This document shows, piece by piece, positions 21,283-33,000 of a stretch of DNA of 64,000 bases. Made by a program: the position numbers and the translations under genes. The stretch lies in assembly GCA_963707025.1 (NCBI GenBank), contig CAVPOM010000012.1, positions 288,001-352,000 of the forward strand, written 5' to 3'. The notes below the pieces were generated by a model, which was given only the letters and a program-made list of their open reading frames with translations, was not told where the DNA came from and did not search any database. The stretch comes from an uncultured Verrucomicrobiae bacterium (GTDB lineage: Bacteria > Verrucomicrobiota > Verrucomicrobiia > Limisphaerales > Palsa-1400). How positions within the stretch are numbered: position 1 is the first letter of the stretch; every line of letters begins with the position of its first letter.

Positions 21283-23486
21283 AAAAAAGATACCTTCAGA
21301 TTCTGGCGGTCGGGCTGGCTCTCGGCCTGAATACCGCTCGCGCGCAATTGGAATACGTTGATCCGACCATCGGCGGCGAGGGATTCCTGCTGGAACCGAC
21401 GCGCCCGACGGTTTCCCTGCCGAACAGCATGGTCCGCGTCTATCCGGTGCGCAAGGACCAATTGGATGATCAGATCAGTTCGTTTCCCTTGACCATCATT
21501 TCGCATCGTATGGGTGAATTATTTTGGCTGATGCCGTGCCCCGGCCCGGCTGATGCGGATGCCTGGAAGCGCCCGGCGGCTTATGACCAGGAAATAACCA
21601 CGCCTTATTATTATTCCACCCGGTTCGATGAATCGCTTCTTCGGACGGAATTTACCCCCACCGCACGTTGCGGTTATTACCGCTTCACCTTTCCCTCCGG
21701 CACGCCGACGGTGTTGCTGGCCAACCGGTTGGAGGGCGAGCTTTCCGACGGCGGGAGCAATAGTGTATCGGGGGTGGAGCGGTTCCACCAGATGCAGGCG
21801 TTTTTCTTCGGGGAGTTCAGCGCGCCGGTCGAGATTCAATCCACCGCCCGGAACCGCCGGATGGCGGCGTCATCAAAAGGGGGCAACAAGGTCCTGGAGT
21901 TTCGCTACGGGATCTCGTTCATCAGCGTGGAACAGGCTCGGAAGAATTTGCGAGAGGAGATTCCGGCCTGGAACTTTGAGAAAGTGAAGAACAACGCCCG
22001 CGACCGCTGGAGCAAAGTCCTGGGGCAGGTGCGGGTGGAAGGCGGCACGCCGGAGCAAAAGCGTGTTTTCTATACCGCCTTGTATCGCTGTTCGGAACGG
22101 ATGGTCAATATCACGGAGGATGGAAGTTACTATAGCGCTTTCGACCACCAAGTGCATCAGGACGCGCGCCCCTTTTATGTGGACGACTGGCTGTGGGATA
22201 CTTACCGGGCCTTGGAACCGTTGCAGACATTATTAAATCCACAAATGGAAGCCGACAAAATCCAGTCCTACGTCCGCATGTATCAGCAATTGGGTTGGAT
22301 GCCGGAGTTTGCCGTGCTTTGGGGCAATCACGAATGCATGACCGGCAACCCTGTCGCCGCATGGACGGCCGATGTCTGGGCCAAGGGCGTCACTAATTTC
22401 GATGTGGCAAGTGCCTACGCCGGCATCCGCAAAAACTCCGTGGAAGGCACCTGGCTCCCCTGGCGCAGAGGGCCAAAATGTTCCTTGGATGATTTCTTCG
22501 CCGAGCACGGATACATGCCCGCGCTCAAACCTGGCGAAAGAGAAACCGTGTCTCAGGTCAACCGCGGCGAGCGGCGCCAGGCCGTCTCCGTCACGCTGGC
22601 GCAAAGTTACGATGACTGGTGTACGGCGCAGTTGGCCGGATCGTTGCATCATGACGCCGATTACCAGTTCTTCCTCAAACGCGCCGCCAACTACAAGAAC
22701 GTTTTCCGAGTGGACAAGAATTGCGTCTGGCCCAAGGACAGCGACGGCAACTGGATCGAACCGTATGATGAGGGCTTTTCCGGCGGCCAGGGCGGACGGG
22801 ATTACACCACCGAGAATAACGGCTTTACCTACGACTGGGATGTCCAGCACGACTTGCAGGGCTTGTTTGAATTGATGGGCGGGCGGGCCAAAGCGGAGGC
22901 GAAACTGGACCAGCTTTATCGGGAACCACTTGGCCGGAGCAAGTACGAATTCTGGGCGAAGTTCCCCGATGCCAGCGGCCTGGCGGGCCAATTCTCCATG
23001 GGCAACGAGCCCAGCCTGCACATCCCCTACCTCTACAACTACCTGGGCGCGCCTTGGAAAACACAAAAGCGCATCCGCATGCTGCTGGATGCTTTCTTCC
23101 CCGATACCTTGCTCGGCATGCCCGGCGACGAGGATGGCGGGGGGATGTCGGCGTTTGTGGTTTTCTCCATGATGGGATTTTATCCGGTCACACCTGGCGT
23201 GCCGATCTATGACATTGGCAGCCCGGTGTTCGACCGCATCACTCTCCATCTGCCCAATGGGAAAACGCTGCGGATCATTTGCCGGGACAACTCGAAGGAC
23301 AACAAATATGTGCAAAGCATCCAGCTCAACGGCAAGGCGCTGTCACAAGTCTGGTTTAAACACGCTGACATTGTCAACGGTGGCACCCTGGAACTGAAGA
23401 TGGGCAATACTCCAAACTTGCGATTGGGAGCGGACTCCGCTTCATTCCCGCCCTCCGCCATGAACTTGAAAGTTGGAGACCTTTAA
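21279..23486 (+). CDS. GH92 alpha-mannosidase
   Basis: YVDPTIG, FYTALY, WDTYR, MGNEPSLHIPY, PGDEDGGGMSA. Confidence 0.9.
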   Translation: MKKRYLQILAVGLALGLNTARAQLEYVDPTIGGEGFLLEPTRPTVSLPNSMVRVYPVRKDQLDDQISSFPLTIISHRMGELFWLMPCPGPADADAWKRPAAYDQEITTPYYYSTRFDESLLRTEFTPTARCGYYRFTFPSGTPTVLLANRLEGELSDGGSNSVSGVERFHQMQAFFFGEFSAPVEIQSTARNRRMAASSKGGNKVLEFRYGISFISVEQARKNLREEIPAWNFEKVKNNARDRWSKVLGQVRVEGGTPEQKRVFYTALYRCSERMVNITEDGSYYSAFDHQVHQDARPFYVDDWLWDTYRALEPLQTLLNPQMEADKIQSYVRMYQQLGWMPEFAVLWGNHECMTGNPVAAWTADVWAKGVTNFDVASAYAGIRKNSVEGTWLPWRRGPKCSLDDFFAEHGYMPALKPGERETVSQVNRGERRQAVSVTLAQSYDDWCTAQLAGSLHHDADYQFFLKRAANYKNVFRVDKNCVWPKDSDGNWIEPYDEGFSGGQGGRDYTTENNGFTYDWDVQHDLQGLFELMGGRAKAEAKLDQLYREPLGRSKYEFWAKFPDASGLAGQFSMGNEPSLHIPYLYNYLGAPWKTQKRIRMLLDAFFPDTLLGMPGDEDGGGMSAFVVFSMMGFYPVTPGVPIYDIGSPVFDRITLHLPNGKTLRIICRDNSKDNKYVQSIQLNGKALSQVWFKHADIVNGGTLELKMGNTPNLRLGADSASFPPSAMNLKVGDL

Positions 23487-23494
23487 ACGCTGGT

Positions 23495-24796
23495 TCAAGG
23501 CTGCGCGGCGTCCGGTTCGTCGGCCGCGTTGTCGTGGATTTGGAATTTAAGCGAGCTGTGGTTCGCGATGCGCAATCTGCCACGCATCAGGTTGTCCGAA
23601 ATCACCGCCCGGCGCACTTCGGTTCCCAGATCCACCTGCGGTTTGTTCTTCTGAAACTCGCAACCGCGCACCAGCACGCTGCCGCCGACGGCCTGCACCG
23701 CGGCACGCCCTTCGTTGTGGTGGTCCCAATCGCAAAAGGTGCAATCGGAAAAGCCCACGGTACCGCCCGCGATTTTGGCGATTTGATTGCAAGGCCCCCA
23801 AAAGGCGCAGTTGGAAAAACGCACGACGCCCCGGTTGCTCGCTCCCACCTCCACCATGGTTGGGTCGGGCCCGTGGAAAGAAGTGAATTCCCCGTTGCCA
23901 ATGAGCAGGCCAAAGGGCGCGGACTGCTCGACCTGCACGGCGGTGTAGCAATCATCGGCCCCGATGCCCAGAAAATTCCCATTGCACTCCCCGCGGGCGG
24001 TGTGAATGAATTTGTAGCCCACCTTGTAACCGAAGCAAAAAGTGTTGAGCACATACTCCCAGTCGCTCCGGCCGAAGATGAACGCTTCGCCGTTTTCCAA
24101 CTCCCATTGGTAGGCAGGACTGTTGCCGGCGCCGCTCCACCAGGGATTGAAATGCACATTTTCGATGCGGCCGATGTCGAGAATGTTGTCCACATAGACC
24201 CCGCGGCGCAAGGGTTGCCCGGAGATGTTGCGCAGCAAATGCCGCTCGCTGCCGCTCGTGTTTATGCCGTTGTAGGGGTTGAGCATTTCAACATCCAGCA
24301 CGGCGGGGTTCTTGCCATGCGTCGCAATGGCGTAAGGATAGGCCTTCGGCTCGACCGCGGCCTTTTGCCGCGGATAGAAAAGTACGACGCCGCTCAAAGT
24401 GCTGTTGTCGTTGAGCCGGATAAACGGGTCGCCATTTTCTTTTCCTTCGTTTTCCGTGATCAGAAAAGTCGTGCCGTCATCCGTCGGCTTTTCCCGGTCG
24501 CGATCACGAAAACCGAGATGGGACGGGACGGACTTCCAGAGGCCTTGCAGCGTCACGGCATTGGGAACATTCAGATGGCCGGCAAAAAAATAGTTTCCAC
24601 GATCCGCCATAACAGTGCCTCCGCCCGCCTGGCCTGCCGCCTCGAGGGCTTTTTGAAAGGCCGCTGTATCATCATTCGTGCCGTCGCCTTTGGCGCCGTA
24701 ATCGCGGACCGAATACACATTGGCCGGCTGCGCATGGGCACGGGCGAGGCCCAGGCAAAGAACCACCAAAGGGACCGTGAATCGTAGTTTATACAT
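23495..24796 (-). CDS. Secreted beta-helix protein (pectate_lyase_3/GH28-related N-terminus)
   Basis: SVRDYGAKGDGTNDDTAAFQKAL; signal peptide. Confidence 0.75.
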   Translation of the reverse strand: MYKLRFTVPLVVLCLGLARAHAQPANVYSVRDYGAKGDGTNDDTAAFQKALEAAGQAGGGTVMADRGNYFFAGHLNVPNAVTLQGLWKSVPSHLGFRDRDREKPTDDGTTFLITENEGKENGDPFIRLNDNSTLSGVVLFYPRQKAAVEPKAYPYAIATHGKNPAVLDVEMLNPYNGINTSGSERHLLRNISGQPLRRGVYVDNILDIGRIENVHFNPWWSGAGNSPAYQWELENGEAFIFGRSDWEYVLNTFCFGYKVGYKFIHTARGECNGNFLGIGADDCYTAVQVEQSAPFGLLIGNGEFTSFHGPDPTMVEVGASNRGVVRFSNCAFWGPCNQIAKIAGGTVGFSDCTFCDWDHHNEGRAAVQAVGGSVLVRGCEFQKNKPQVDLGTEVRRAVISDNLMRGRLRIANHSSLKFQIHDNAADEPDAAQP

Positions 24797-24939
24797 GACA
24801 TTAAAAAGGTATTGCTTCCGGCCCAACGCGACCGCTATGCGAACATTCGCCCTCGGGCAATCATTCAAATCAATCTCCCGGCAGTTTATTGTTTATGGCG
24901 CAATTTAATGAAACTACCAGGAAAGAGAGGGCTGCGACA

Positions 24940-24957
24940 ATCCCCGCTTTCGGGGAT
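24940..24957. promoter_or_regulatory. Palindromic operator box 2 between the beta-helix gene and the kinase operon
   Basis: ATCCCCGCTTTCGGGGAT, identical to box 1; minus strand TTGTCG-18-TAGTTT. Confidence 0.8.
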
Positions 24958-25059
24958 AATCAGAACGCGGCAATCGCCAAAAGACATATTGACACCCTCC
25001 TGATTCTTGAGCATGCTGAAGGAGGATTTTCCATTTCACCTAATGGAAGCGCACTGATT

Positions 25060-26755
25060 ATGAAGTGGTGGTTGATTTTCATTGTCTTCAAATTGGAATG
25101 CTGTTCCTGCCCTCCGCTGTTGGCCCAAGCGGCGTCTCCCGGCGCAAAAACCATCGCGCTGGAAATTCAGGCCGTGACGGTGAGAGGCAAACCGGTGACT
25201 GTGCGCAAAGGAGGCGAGGCGAACCTGGGGGCGTTCGCCGAGGATATCGCGTTCCAGTTTGGTCCCATCACGCATTCGGGACCAGATCCCGTTCGCCTTC
25301 GCTATAAAATGGAGGGGTTTGAAAATGCCTGGCATGAAGGCGGAGGCGAAATGTATCTGGCGGTGCGCTTTTTCAACCGGCAGGAAGACCAAATCTACCA
25401 GACCAATTTTCCCATCCATCGCGAAAGCGAAGGCTGGAATGGCTCGCTGAAAAGCTCCCCGCTGACCCACCGCCGGGAAACGGTGGTGGCCCCGGCGAAC
25501 GCCGCCAGCGTTTGGATCGTCATTTCCTCCGCCGGGCCGCCGGCCACCGTCGGCATCTACGTCATCGCCGACTTTGGTGGTTTCAAAATCTTCCGGCAAC
25601 TCGACTTTTGTTAAAATCATCCAAGCGCCTTTTGAACACCAGGTCGTTGACGAGGAGGAGGACAATCAGGCTCCGCCCGGCTGGGGCCGTGACGGCACCC
25701 ACGCCAGCATGGCGAAAATCGTGAAGTACGGAGTTGATCCCGCGACCAAAGCCCTGGCCATTCTGGATGATGATCCAATGAGCCATGCCGAGTGGCACAC
25801 CATCAGAGAGTTTGCGCCCAAGGTTGCGCCGGGAGATCATTTATTGGTCGAATGGAACGAAATGTACAGCATCGGCGTGGGAGATTATCGCTTTGCCAAC
25901 TACTCTCATCTTCCTCCCGGCAACTTCCGGTTCGATGTCCTGCCTGCCGATATTATGGGGCAGCCGGTTGCCCCCGCAGCCACACTCGCGGTCTGGGTGC
26001 CGCAGCCCTTTTGGCGGATGCTTTGGTTTTGGTGCATCCTGCTCATCGTCATCACCGGCGTCTCCATCGGCGGAGGCCGCTATTGGGTGTGGCACCGTAT
26101 GCGCCGGGAAATGTTGCGCCTCAAGAACGAGCAGGCCCTGGAGCAGGAGCGTTTGCGCATTGCCCACGACATCCACGATGACCTGGGCGCCCGCGTCACG
26201 CAAATCTGCCTGGTGAGCGCGATGGCGCAAAACAATGCCGCTTTCCCCGAGAAGGCGCGCACCGACTTTGATCGCATTTCCAAAATGTCGCGCGAATTGG
26301 TTTCCGCCCTCTACGAAACTGTCTGGGCCGTCAATCCGGAAAACGACAATCCGGAAGCGCTGGGAAATTATTTGTGCCAGATCGTGAACCGCTTGTGTGA
26401 TGGGATGCAGATTCGATGCCGCTTTCATGTGGCCGACCTGCCCCGGGAAGTCCAGGTCTCCAGCCAGACCCGCCATAGTATCAGCCTGGCCGTAAAAGAA
26501 GCGGTGCATAATGTGATTAAACACGCCAAGGCTTCTGAGATTACCATGCACATCACGATGAAGGATGATTTGCTGACCATCACGGTGCAGGATGACGGCT
26601 GCGGCTTCGAACCGGTGCAGAACTGCGCCGGAAACGGCCTGCGCAACATGAAGCTGCGTTTGGAGAGCATTGGCGGGGTCTGCTCGGTCGAAAGCAAACC
26701 TGGGAAAGGAACGGCCATTGAGTTGCGCCTGGTGATCCAGCAGCGGGCCAAATGA
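25060..26755 (+). CDS. Sensor histidine kinase (HisKA_3, periplasmic Y_Y_Y-type sensor); frameshift ~25574
   Basis: ERLRIAHDIHDDLG, EAVHNVIKHA, QDDGCGF, GNGLRNM; removing one T joins ORFs 24889..25614 and 25574..26755. Confidence 0.88.
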
Positions 26756-26815
26756 ACCCGTCCAGAATGACCGCGGGTTGCGCCCCCGGCCCACGAGAAC
26801 GGCAGAATTAGATAT

Positions 26816-27448
26816 ATGAGAAAATTAGTTATGATTGTTGAAGATGACCGGGGGTTGCGGGAGGAGATCGTGCAAATCCTGGAATCCGCTCCCGACATCA
26901 AATGTATCGGAGCCTTCGCCTCCGCGGAAGTGGCGTTGCCCAAAATTCTGGAGACACGTCCTGACGTGGTGCTGATGGACATTGGGCTGCCGGGCATGTC
27001 CGGCATCGAGTGCGTGAGTGAGATCAAGAAGGCCGCCCCGGACATGCAAATCATCATGGTGACAGTCTATGAGGACAGCGAACGAATTTTCCGCGCTCTC
27101 AAAGCCGGAGCCATCGGTTATCTGGTCAAAAGCAGCCACCCCAATCAATTGCTCCAAGCGATTCGTGACGCCAATAAGGGCGGGGCGCCGATGTCCAGCC
27201 ATATCGCTTTGAAAGTGGTCAAGCATTTTCATATGGTTGGCCTTTCACCCAAGGAATCAGAGAATTTGTCGCCGCGCGAAAGGGAAGTCATTGACCTGCT
27301 CGCGCTGGGCTTCATTTACAAGGAAATCGGGGACAAGCTCAATATCGGAGCGGAGACCGTTCGGACACACGTTAAGAATATCTGTCTGAAAATGCATGTG
27401 CGCGGCCGCATTGAAGCCGTGGCCAGACATACCGCGGAATCCCGCTAA
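26816..27448 (+). CDS. NarL/LuxR-family response regulator
   Basis: IVEDD, PDVVLMDI, GYLVK; LSPREREVIDLL...KEIGDKLNIGAETVRTHVKNI HTH. Confidence 0.95.
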   Translation: MRKLVMIVEDDRGLREEIVQILESAPDIKCIGAFASAEVALPKILETRPDVVLMDIGLPGMSGIECVSEIKKAAPDMQIIMVTVYEDSERIFRALKAGAIGYLVKSSHPNQLLQAIRDANKGGAPMSSHIALKVVKHFHMVGLSPKESENLSPREREVIDLLALGFIYKEIGDKLNIGAETVRTHVKNICLKMHVRGRIEAVARHTAESR

Positions 27449-27627
27449 CCGTCCGTTCAAAAGGCGGCCGGTGAGGGCGCTTCCTTCTGGCGCAACGGCA
27501 TCTTGGACCAATTAGCAAAACACTGAATTACCAATGACAAATACTCAATGGCAAATTCTCAATTTCCTGCCGGCAGCAACAGCTCATGTGTTCCCAGGAT
27601 TGAAAATTGGTCATCGGTTATCTCTCC

Positions 27628-28518
27628 TTAACGCCAGCCGGGAAACCGCCAGCGGTTTTGAATGTACTGGTAATCCTTGGCCGAAGCTCCTCCATTCGGG
27701 AGCATCCACTGGCCCGCCGTGTTTTGTCCGGTGGAGGCTTCCAGGCCGGCCGTGATGGCGGCTTGGTAGGTCCATTTATGACTCTCCACATGGCCGTCCA
27801 CGAAGCCCCAAACATTCACATTGACATGATACATGCCCAGCGGATCCTCCGGGGTGAACACCCAGGGGGTGGTGCCCACCACGCCATTCAAGACGAAGGT
27901 TCCCTCGTCAAATCCGCGCCAGTCAGTATCCTCCACCTCTGCAAAGGTCATGGAGGGAGCCGTAATGTCGGACGCTTTGTTAATGGTGGCGCCCTGACCC
28001 CAATAACTATCGTAGGATTCGCCGCCGTAGTTCTGCGTCTTGGAATAAGTGCAGAAGGCAAATCCGCCCCCGCCGGTGGGCCGGGAGATGCGCGTATCGC
28101 CCGGGCAATGGAAACTATTCACGTTCTTGACGTAGGGGTAGAGGATGCTGTTCGTCAGTGCCTCTTTGGCGTTTTCCAGGGCCGCCGCCTGACTCACACC
28201 TGGAAAATCATTCCCTTGAGACAGGGTGGGCCATCCATAATAGCCGCCGGCATCGTCACCGTTTGCATCCAGAAAAAATGGCAACACCACATTGCGGTAG
28301 TCGTCCGAATACATGGTCAAACCCAGAACAAACTGCTTTTCATTGTTCCGGCAGTAAGTTTCCTGGGCTTTCTTTTTGGCGTTGGCCAAGACCGGCAGCA
28401 ACAAGGCCGCCAAGATGGCGATAATGGCTATCACCACCAATAACTCGATCAACGTGAAGCCAGCACGCCAGGAAGCTGAACCACACCAGTGCTTTTGCGT
28501 CAAACGCTTCATATTCAT
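27628..28518 (-). CDS. Prepilin-type N-terminal cleavage/methylation + H-X9-DG (DUF1559-type) protein
   Basis: [36 protein letters not shown]; the start codon lies in the IS target duplication. Confidence 0.9.
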   Translation of the reverse strand: MNMKRLTQKHWCGSASWRAGFTLIELLVVIAIIAILAALLLPVLANAKKKAQETYCRNNEKQFVLGLTMYSDDYRNVVLPFFLDANGDDAGGYYGWPTLSQGNDFPGVSQAAALENAKEALTNSILYPYVKNVNSFHCPGDTRISRPTGGGGFAFCTYSKTQNYGGESYDSYWGQGATINKASDITAPSMTFAEVEDTDWRGFDEGTFVLNGVVGTTPWVFTPEDPLGMYHVNVNVWGFVDGHVESHKWTYQAAITAGLEASTGQNTAGQWMLPNGGASAKDYQYIQNRWRFPGWR

Positions 28519-28521
28519 ATT

Positions 28522-29971
28522 CACACCCGTCTCATAAGGGGAAAAGTCTGGTGCTGACCTGTTCATTTGCAAGGGTTTAATTGGTCTTCGGGGTAAAATG
28601 AGATTTTGATTTTTCCGAGTTTGGCTTTTGGGTTTGGTATGCGCCTGTTTGGGCGCGTGTGCTGTCCCATAGCTTTATTGGAAGCCGGGGAAATACGCCT
28701 GCTCGGGCCGCGCCAAGTGGCGAAAGCTGCCGCCTGCTGTCCCATAGCACGCCAGCAAATTGAGCAGATCATATTTCTCCCAGAGCGCCGCCCGCAAAAT
28801 CGTGAACAGCCGGGTGAAGCTGTGCGCCCAGTTGGAGAGGTGACTGAGGTAGCGCAACAGCACGTAGGTCAACAGCGCCGTCCACACCTGCCAGCGCACG
28901 GCGTTGGCGTTGTGGCCCAGAAAATCCGCCAACTGCAAGGTCTGCTTGATTTGTTTGAAGAAGACTTCGATCTGCCAGCGGCAGCGGTAAAGGTCGGCCA
29001 CGCTGCGCGGACTCCACTCCAGGTTGTTGGTCAGGAAGGTCATTTCCCGTTCCTCTCCATCAATCTCGACCAGCGCCACCACCCGGCGCATCAACTCCGG
29101 CGCGGGTTTGTTCTCGTTGCTCAGGACGATCACTTCGTCGCGCAAAATCTTCGGGTCTCTGGAGGCGGGCATTTTCCGCACCACCTCATAGCCCATGTTC
29201 TCCTTGGCCCGCGTCACCCAAAAGACCCCGCGCCCGTCCAAATCCCGCAAGTGGCCGAAGTCCACATAACCCTTGTCGAACAAGGCGATTTCGCCGCTCT
29301 TCAAGTCGGCGCACAGTTCCCGCGCCCGTCGGTTGTCGTGCTCGGCGGCAGTGTCCACAATGACAAAACCGGGCAAAAGATTCTGCAGATTCAACCGCAT
29401 ATGGGTTTTGGCGGCGGCCTTGCGCCGGCGGTGCTTGGCCCAGTCCAGGCAGTTGGCCACCAGTTCCATGGTCGTGCTATCAATCACATGGATGGGCATC
29501 TTGAAACGGAAGGCGGGGCCACGGCGCTGGCCCGCGGCAAAGCCGGGCGTCTGTGCTTTCAAATGCTCCAGGACCCGCCAGAAGAGTTGTTCGGCCATCT
29601 GGGCCGGACGCTCCCGGTTGGCGTGGGAGAGGCCGTTGCGGCTGGGGGCGCTGGCGCCGCGCAAAGTGGACAGCGGCCCGGAATGCAATTGCAGCGAGTC
29701 GCACAGATCGTTGAGTCCGATGCAATGGGTGAGTTGCGCGTCCAGCAAACTGACCGTGTGACTCCACGGACTGAAGGTGCGCGACTTATCCAGAGCCCGG
29801 TCTCCCGCGCTATTTTGGAGACTTCATGCGCAGGAATGAGATTGCAAATCTGGCGCAAAACGTTAAACCGGGACCGTGTTGGTTTGATTTTTTTGTTTTT
29901 CATGCCTGCCTTGTGGCAGGTTCAAATGGTCAAGCCAACACTTTTTTCCAATTTCCTGTGGGATGGCTGTG
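28522..29971 (-). mobile_element. IS4-family insertion sequence, 1450 bp, 9-bp TSD ATTCATATT
   Basis: Imperfect TIRs (CACACCCGTCTCATA / CACAGCCATCCCACA); ATTCATATT at 28513-28521 and 29972-29980. Confidence 0.92.
28675..29903 (-). CDS. IS4-family DDE transposase; frameshift ~29797
   Basis: VIDST, FDKGY, YRCRWQIEVFFKQIKQ (Y-2-R-3-E-6-K) motifs. Confidence 0.9.
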
Positions 29972-29988
29972 ATTCATATTATTCTGGC

Positions 29989-30028
29989 AAACAAAAGACG
30001 GGCGCCGCAGTCTTTCGCGCGGCGCCCG
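29989..30028 (-). terminator. Probable terminator after the giant surface-protein gene
   Basis: 10-bp stem cgggcgccgc/gcggcgcccg followed by tcttttgttt on the minus strand. Confidence 0.5.
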
Positions 30029-30054
30029 CTGGATTCCGTCTCTTAACCCCCGGG

Positions 30055-33000
30055 CTATTGCCCGTAGTTTACCCTGAAGAACAGGGCCGGTCCAGCCGTC
30101 GCCGGAGTCACCGGGTAAGGGGACACGGTTGTAACCGCGGTCCACGGACCGGTGATGCTGGTGGCTTCCATCAAAGTCCCGCCCGGCTCCCCAAGTCAAG
30201 TTCAGCGAACCGGCGCTGAACGAGAACCCCACGTTCGGAGGCGCCGTCACCGTCAAGCTCGCAGCGGTGGTGGGTGATCCCGCACCCTGGGCATTGCTCG
30301 CCGTCAGACGATAGCTGCCGGTGTTGGTCAATTGGACATTGCTCAGCGTCAATGTCGCGTTGCTGCCTCCAGCGACACTGGTAAAGGTGGTGCCATCGGA
30401 GCTGAACTGCCATTGGTTGGTGAGCGGGAGGCTGCCGGTAAAAAGAGCCGTAAACGTGACACTCTGTCCGACATAGGCGTTGGTCGAGGCTGGCGCCGTC
30501 TGTTGCAGCACCGTCGGAGCGCTGGCGGCCCGGACAATCAGCGTGACTGGCGCGCTGGTGATGGACAGCGAATAGGTGCTGTTGTTAAGCACGATCTCAT
30601 ATTGATAAGTTCCTACCGCCAAACCGCTGACGGCCAACACGTAATTGGTGCCGGTGGAGGCGCCGGCGGCATTGGCCCAAGTGACGCCGCCACTGCCGTT
30701 GTCCGTCATCCACTGATAGGTGAAGGTGGTGGTCTCTCTGTCCACCAATCCCAGTGTGACGGTGTTCCCCTGATAAACAATGTTATCCGGCACGGCGGGT
30801 GTCACGCTCGGAGTCCACACCACGGCCGGAATGGTGCCCTTCAGGCCGGCGGTATAATTGTTGGCGATCTGCGAGGCGCTTAACACGCCGCTTTCCAAAC
30901 GGGCGGCCCCGATGTAGCCTTGGAAGGCATCGGCCGAAAGATAAGGTCCGCTGTTGGCCAGCCCTCCCCCAACGCAAACCACCGTCTGTGGAGTGGCGAG
31001 AGGGGCGCTGGGGGTGTTGGCGACGCTGTTCGTGCCATCTTCGTAGCAAGTGACGGTGAGGCCATCCCAAGTCCACGCCAAGTAGTGCCAAAGTCCGGTC
31101 GTCGGCAGTGACCCCCATCTTGTGTCGAAACTGCCAAAATCGCCCGAGGTGGCGCCGGATCCCTGATTGCAGTAATTAAACTCCCGGTCCGCCTCCGGAT
31201 CAACGGCTTGCCCTTGGATGCCATAAGCAAGGGCGCAACTGTTTTGCTCGTTGATGGCGACGGCATAGACCCATGCTTCCGCCGAAACGGGATTATTGGT
31301 GCAAATCTCTGTGGGTGCCAGCAAAGCCGACTGCAGGCCGTTGGTGAGCTGTTGGTTGACGAAAAGAGCGGGAACGCGGTTATAGAGGTATGGCGCGCCC
31401 GTGGTCACGTTCAGGTTGGAGCCGCCAATGAGCAGGCCGCTGAAATTACCGACGCCATTCGTGTTGCTGGTGACGTTGGTCCAGGTGGTGGAAGCCGCCG
31501 ACAAGTCAACTTGTTGCAGGTTCACGATCAAATCGCCGGCGGTTTGCAGCGGGGTATAAGGCGGCAACGGCAGGGCCGCGTTCGCGATGAACTCCGCCGA
31601 GGAACTCACGTTGGTGCCCAGCGGATTGTTCGCGGTCAGCCGGTACCAGTTGGTCACGGGAACCTCGCTGGTGACAACTATGTTGCTGCCAAAGACCCCG
31701 GTATCGGTCCAATTCGCGTTATCGGGACTGACCTGCCATTGCTCGGTGAGCACCGGTTCACCGGTAAAGACAGCCGTGAAGGAATTGGTCTGGGTAACAT
31801 AGGCCGTGACGGAAGCAGGGGTTATGTCCTGGAACAAGATCGGCGCGGTTCGCGCTTGCACGAAGACGCTGATGGGGGAACTGACCGCCACGATGGAATC
31901 AACGCTATTGCTCAACACCACCTCGTATTCATAGGTTCCCGGCGCAAATCCGGTCGTGTTCACCACATAGGTGGCGTTGGTCGCCTCGCTAATGGCGGCC
32001 CAGGTCAGGCCACCGCTCCCGCCGTCCGTTTGCCATTGATAGGTGTAGGTCAGGCTGGCATTGGTGGTAAACACCGCCGTCAGCGTGGCTGAATCCCCCA
32101 CCAGGACGATGTTGGTGGGGGATGCGCTCGGTGGATCAACCGTAATCGGAACCACGGCCAGGAGGCCGGCGGCGAAATTGTTTGAAATTTGGGCCGCAGT
32201 CAGGACGCCCGAGGAAAGGCGCATCGAGGCGATAAACGCCACGGTATTGTCGGCCCCAAGATTGGGTCCGCTGGTCAGCCCCGCCCCTACGCCGACCACC
32301 GTGGACACGGTTTCAACAGGATAACCATTGAAGGTGGTGGATGAGCCCAAAGTGTGAAGCACACTCTGAACACCGTTGACGTAGCCGATGGCGTTGGTCC
32401 CGTCGTACGTCCACGCCAGGTAATACCACGCCCCATTGGCCGGATAGCCCGAACCCCATCGGCAATCCAGACCGCCGAAGTCGCCCGAAAAACAGCCGCC
32501 GCCGCCGCCCGTGCTCCAGTTCATTTCCCGGTCTTCCTCTGGAGCGGCGGAGCCGCCTTGCAGACCATAACCAATAATACAATTATTCTGGCCGCTATCG
32601 GTGGTGGAATAAACCCACGCTTCACCCGAAGAAGGGCCATTCGAACTGATTTCAGCGGGGGCATGCAGCGCCGATTGCACCGCCGTGGAGCTGCTGTTCA
32701 CATAGACAGAATTGATGGCATACGCGCCCCAAAGCGGGGTGCCGGGGTTGACCACATTGTTGGAAACATGGATAGCGGCACTGTTGCTCCTCTTGAAGTT
32801 TCCGACGCTGGCCGCGGACCCCGCCCGGTTGGTCCAAGTTGTCGCGCCGACAACCAGGTCAGCCGAGCGCAGCTCGGCAATCAGATCGCCGGCCAGTTGC
32901 AGCGGCGGCGGTGTCGGGGCGAGAGTCGTCGTCAGCGTGGCTGGTGTGCTGTGGCTGACACCCACCGCATTGCTGGCCTGGAGTTCATATTCGTTGGTGA

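Noticed and set aside
29930..30180. C-terminal tail of ORF 29930..33151 (RDFDGSHQ...)
   Set aside because: Frameshift artefact running into the IS; the other frame gives the shared CTD and a stop at 30055
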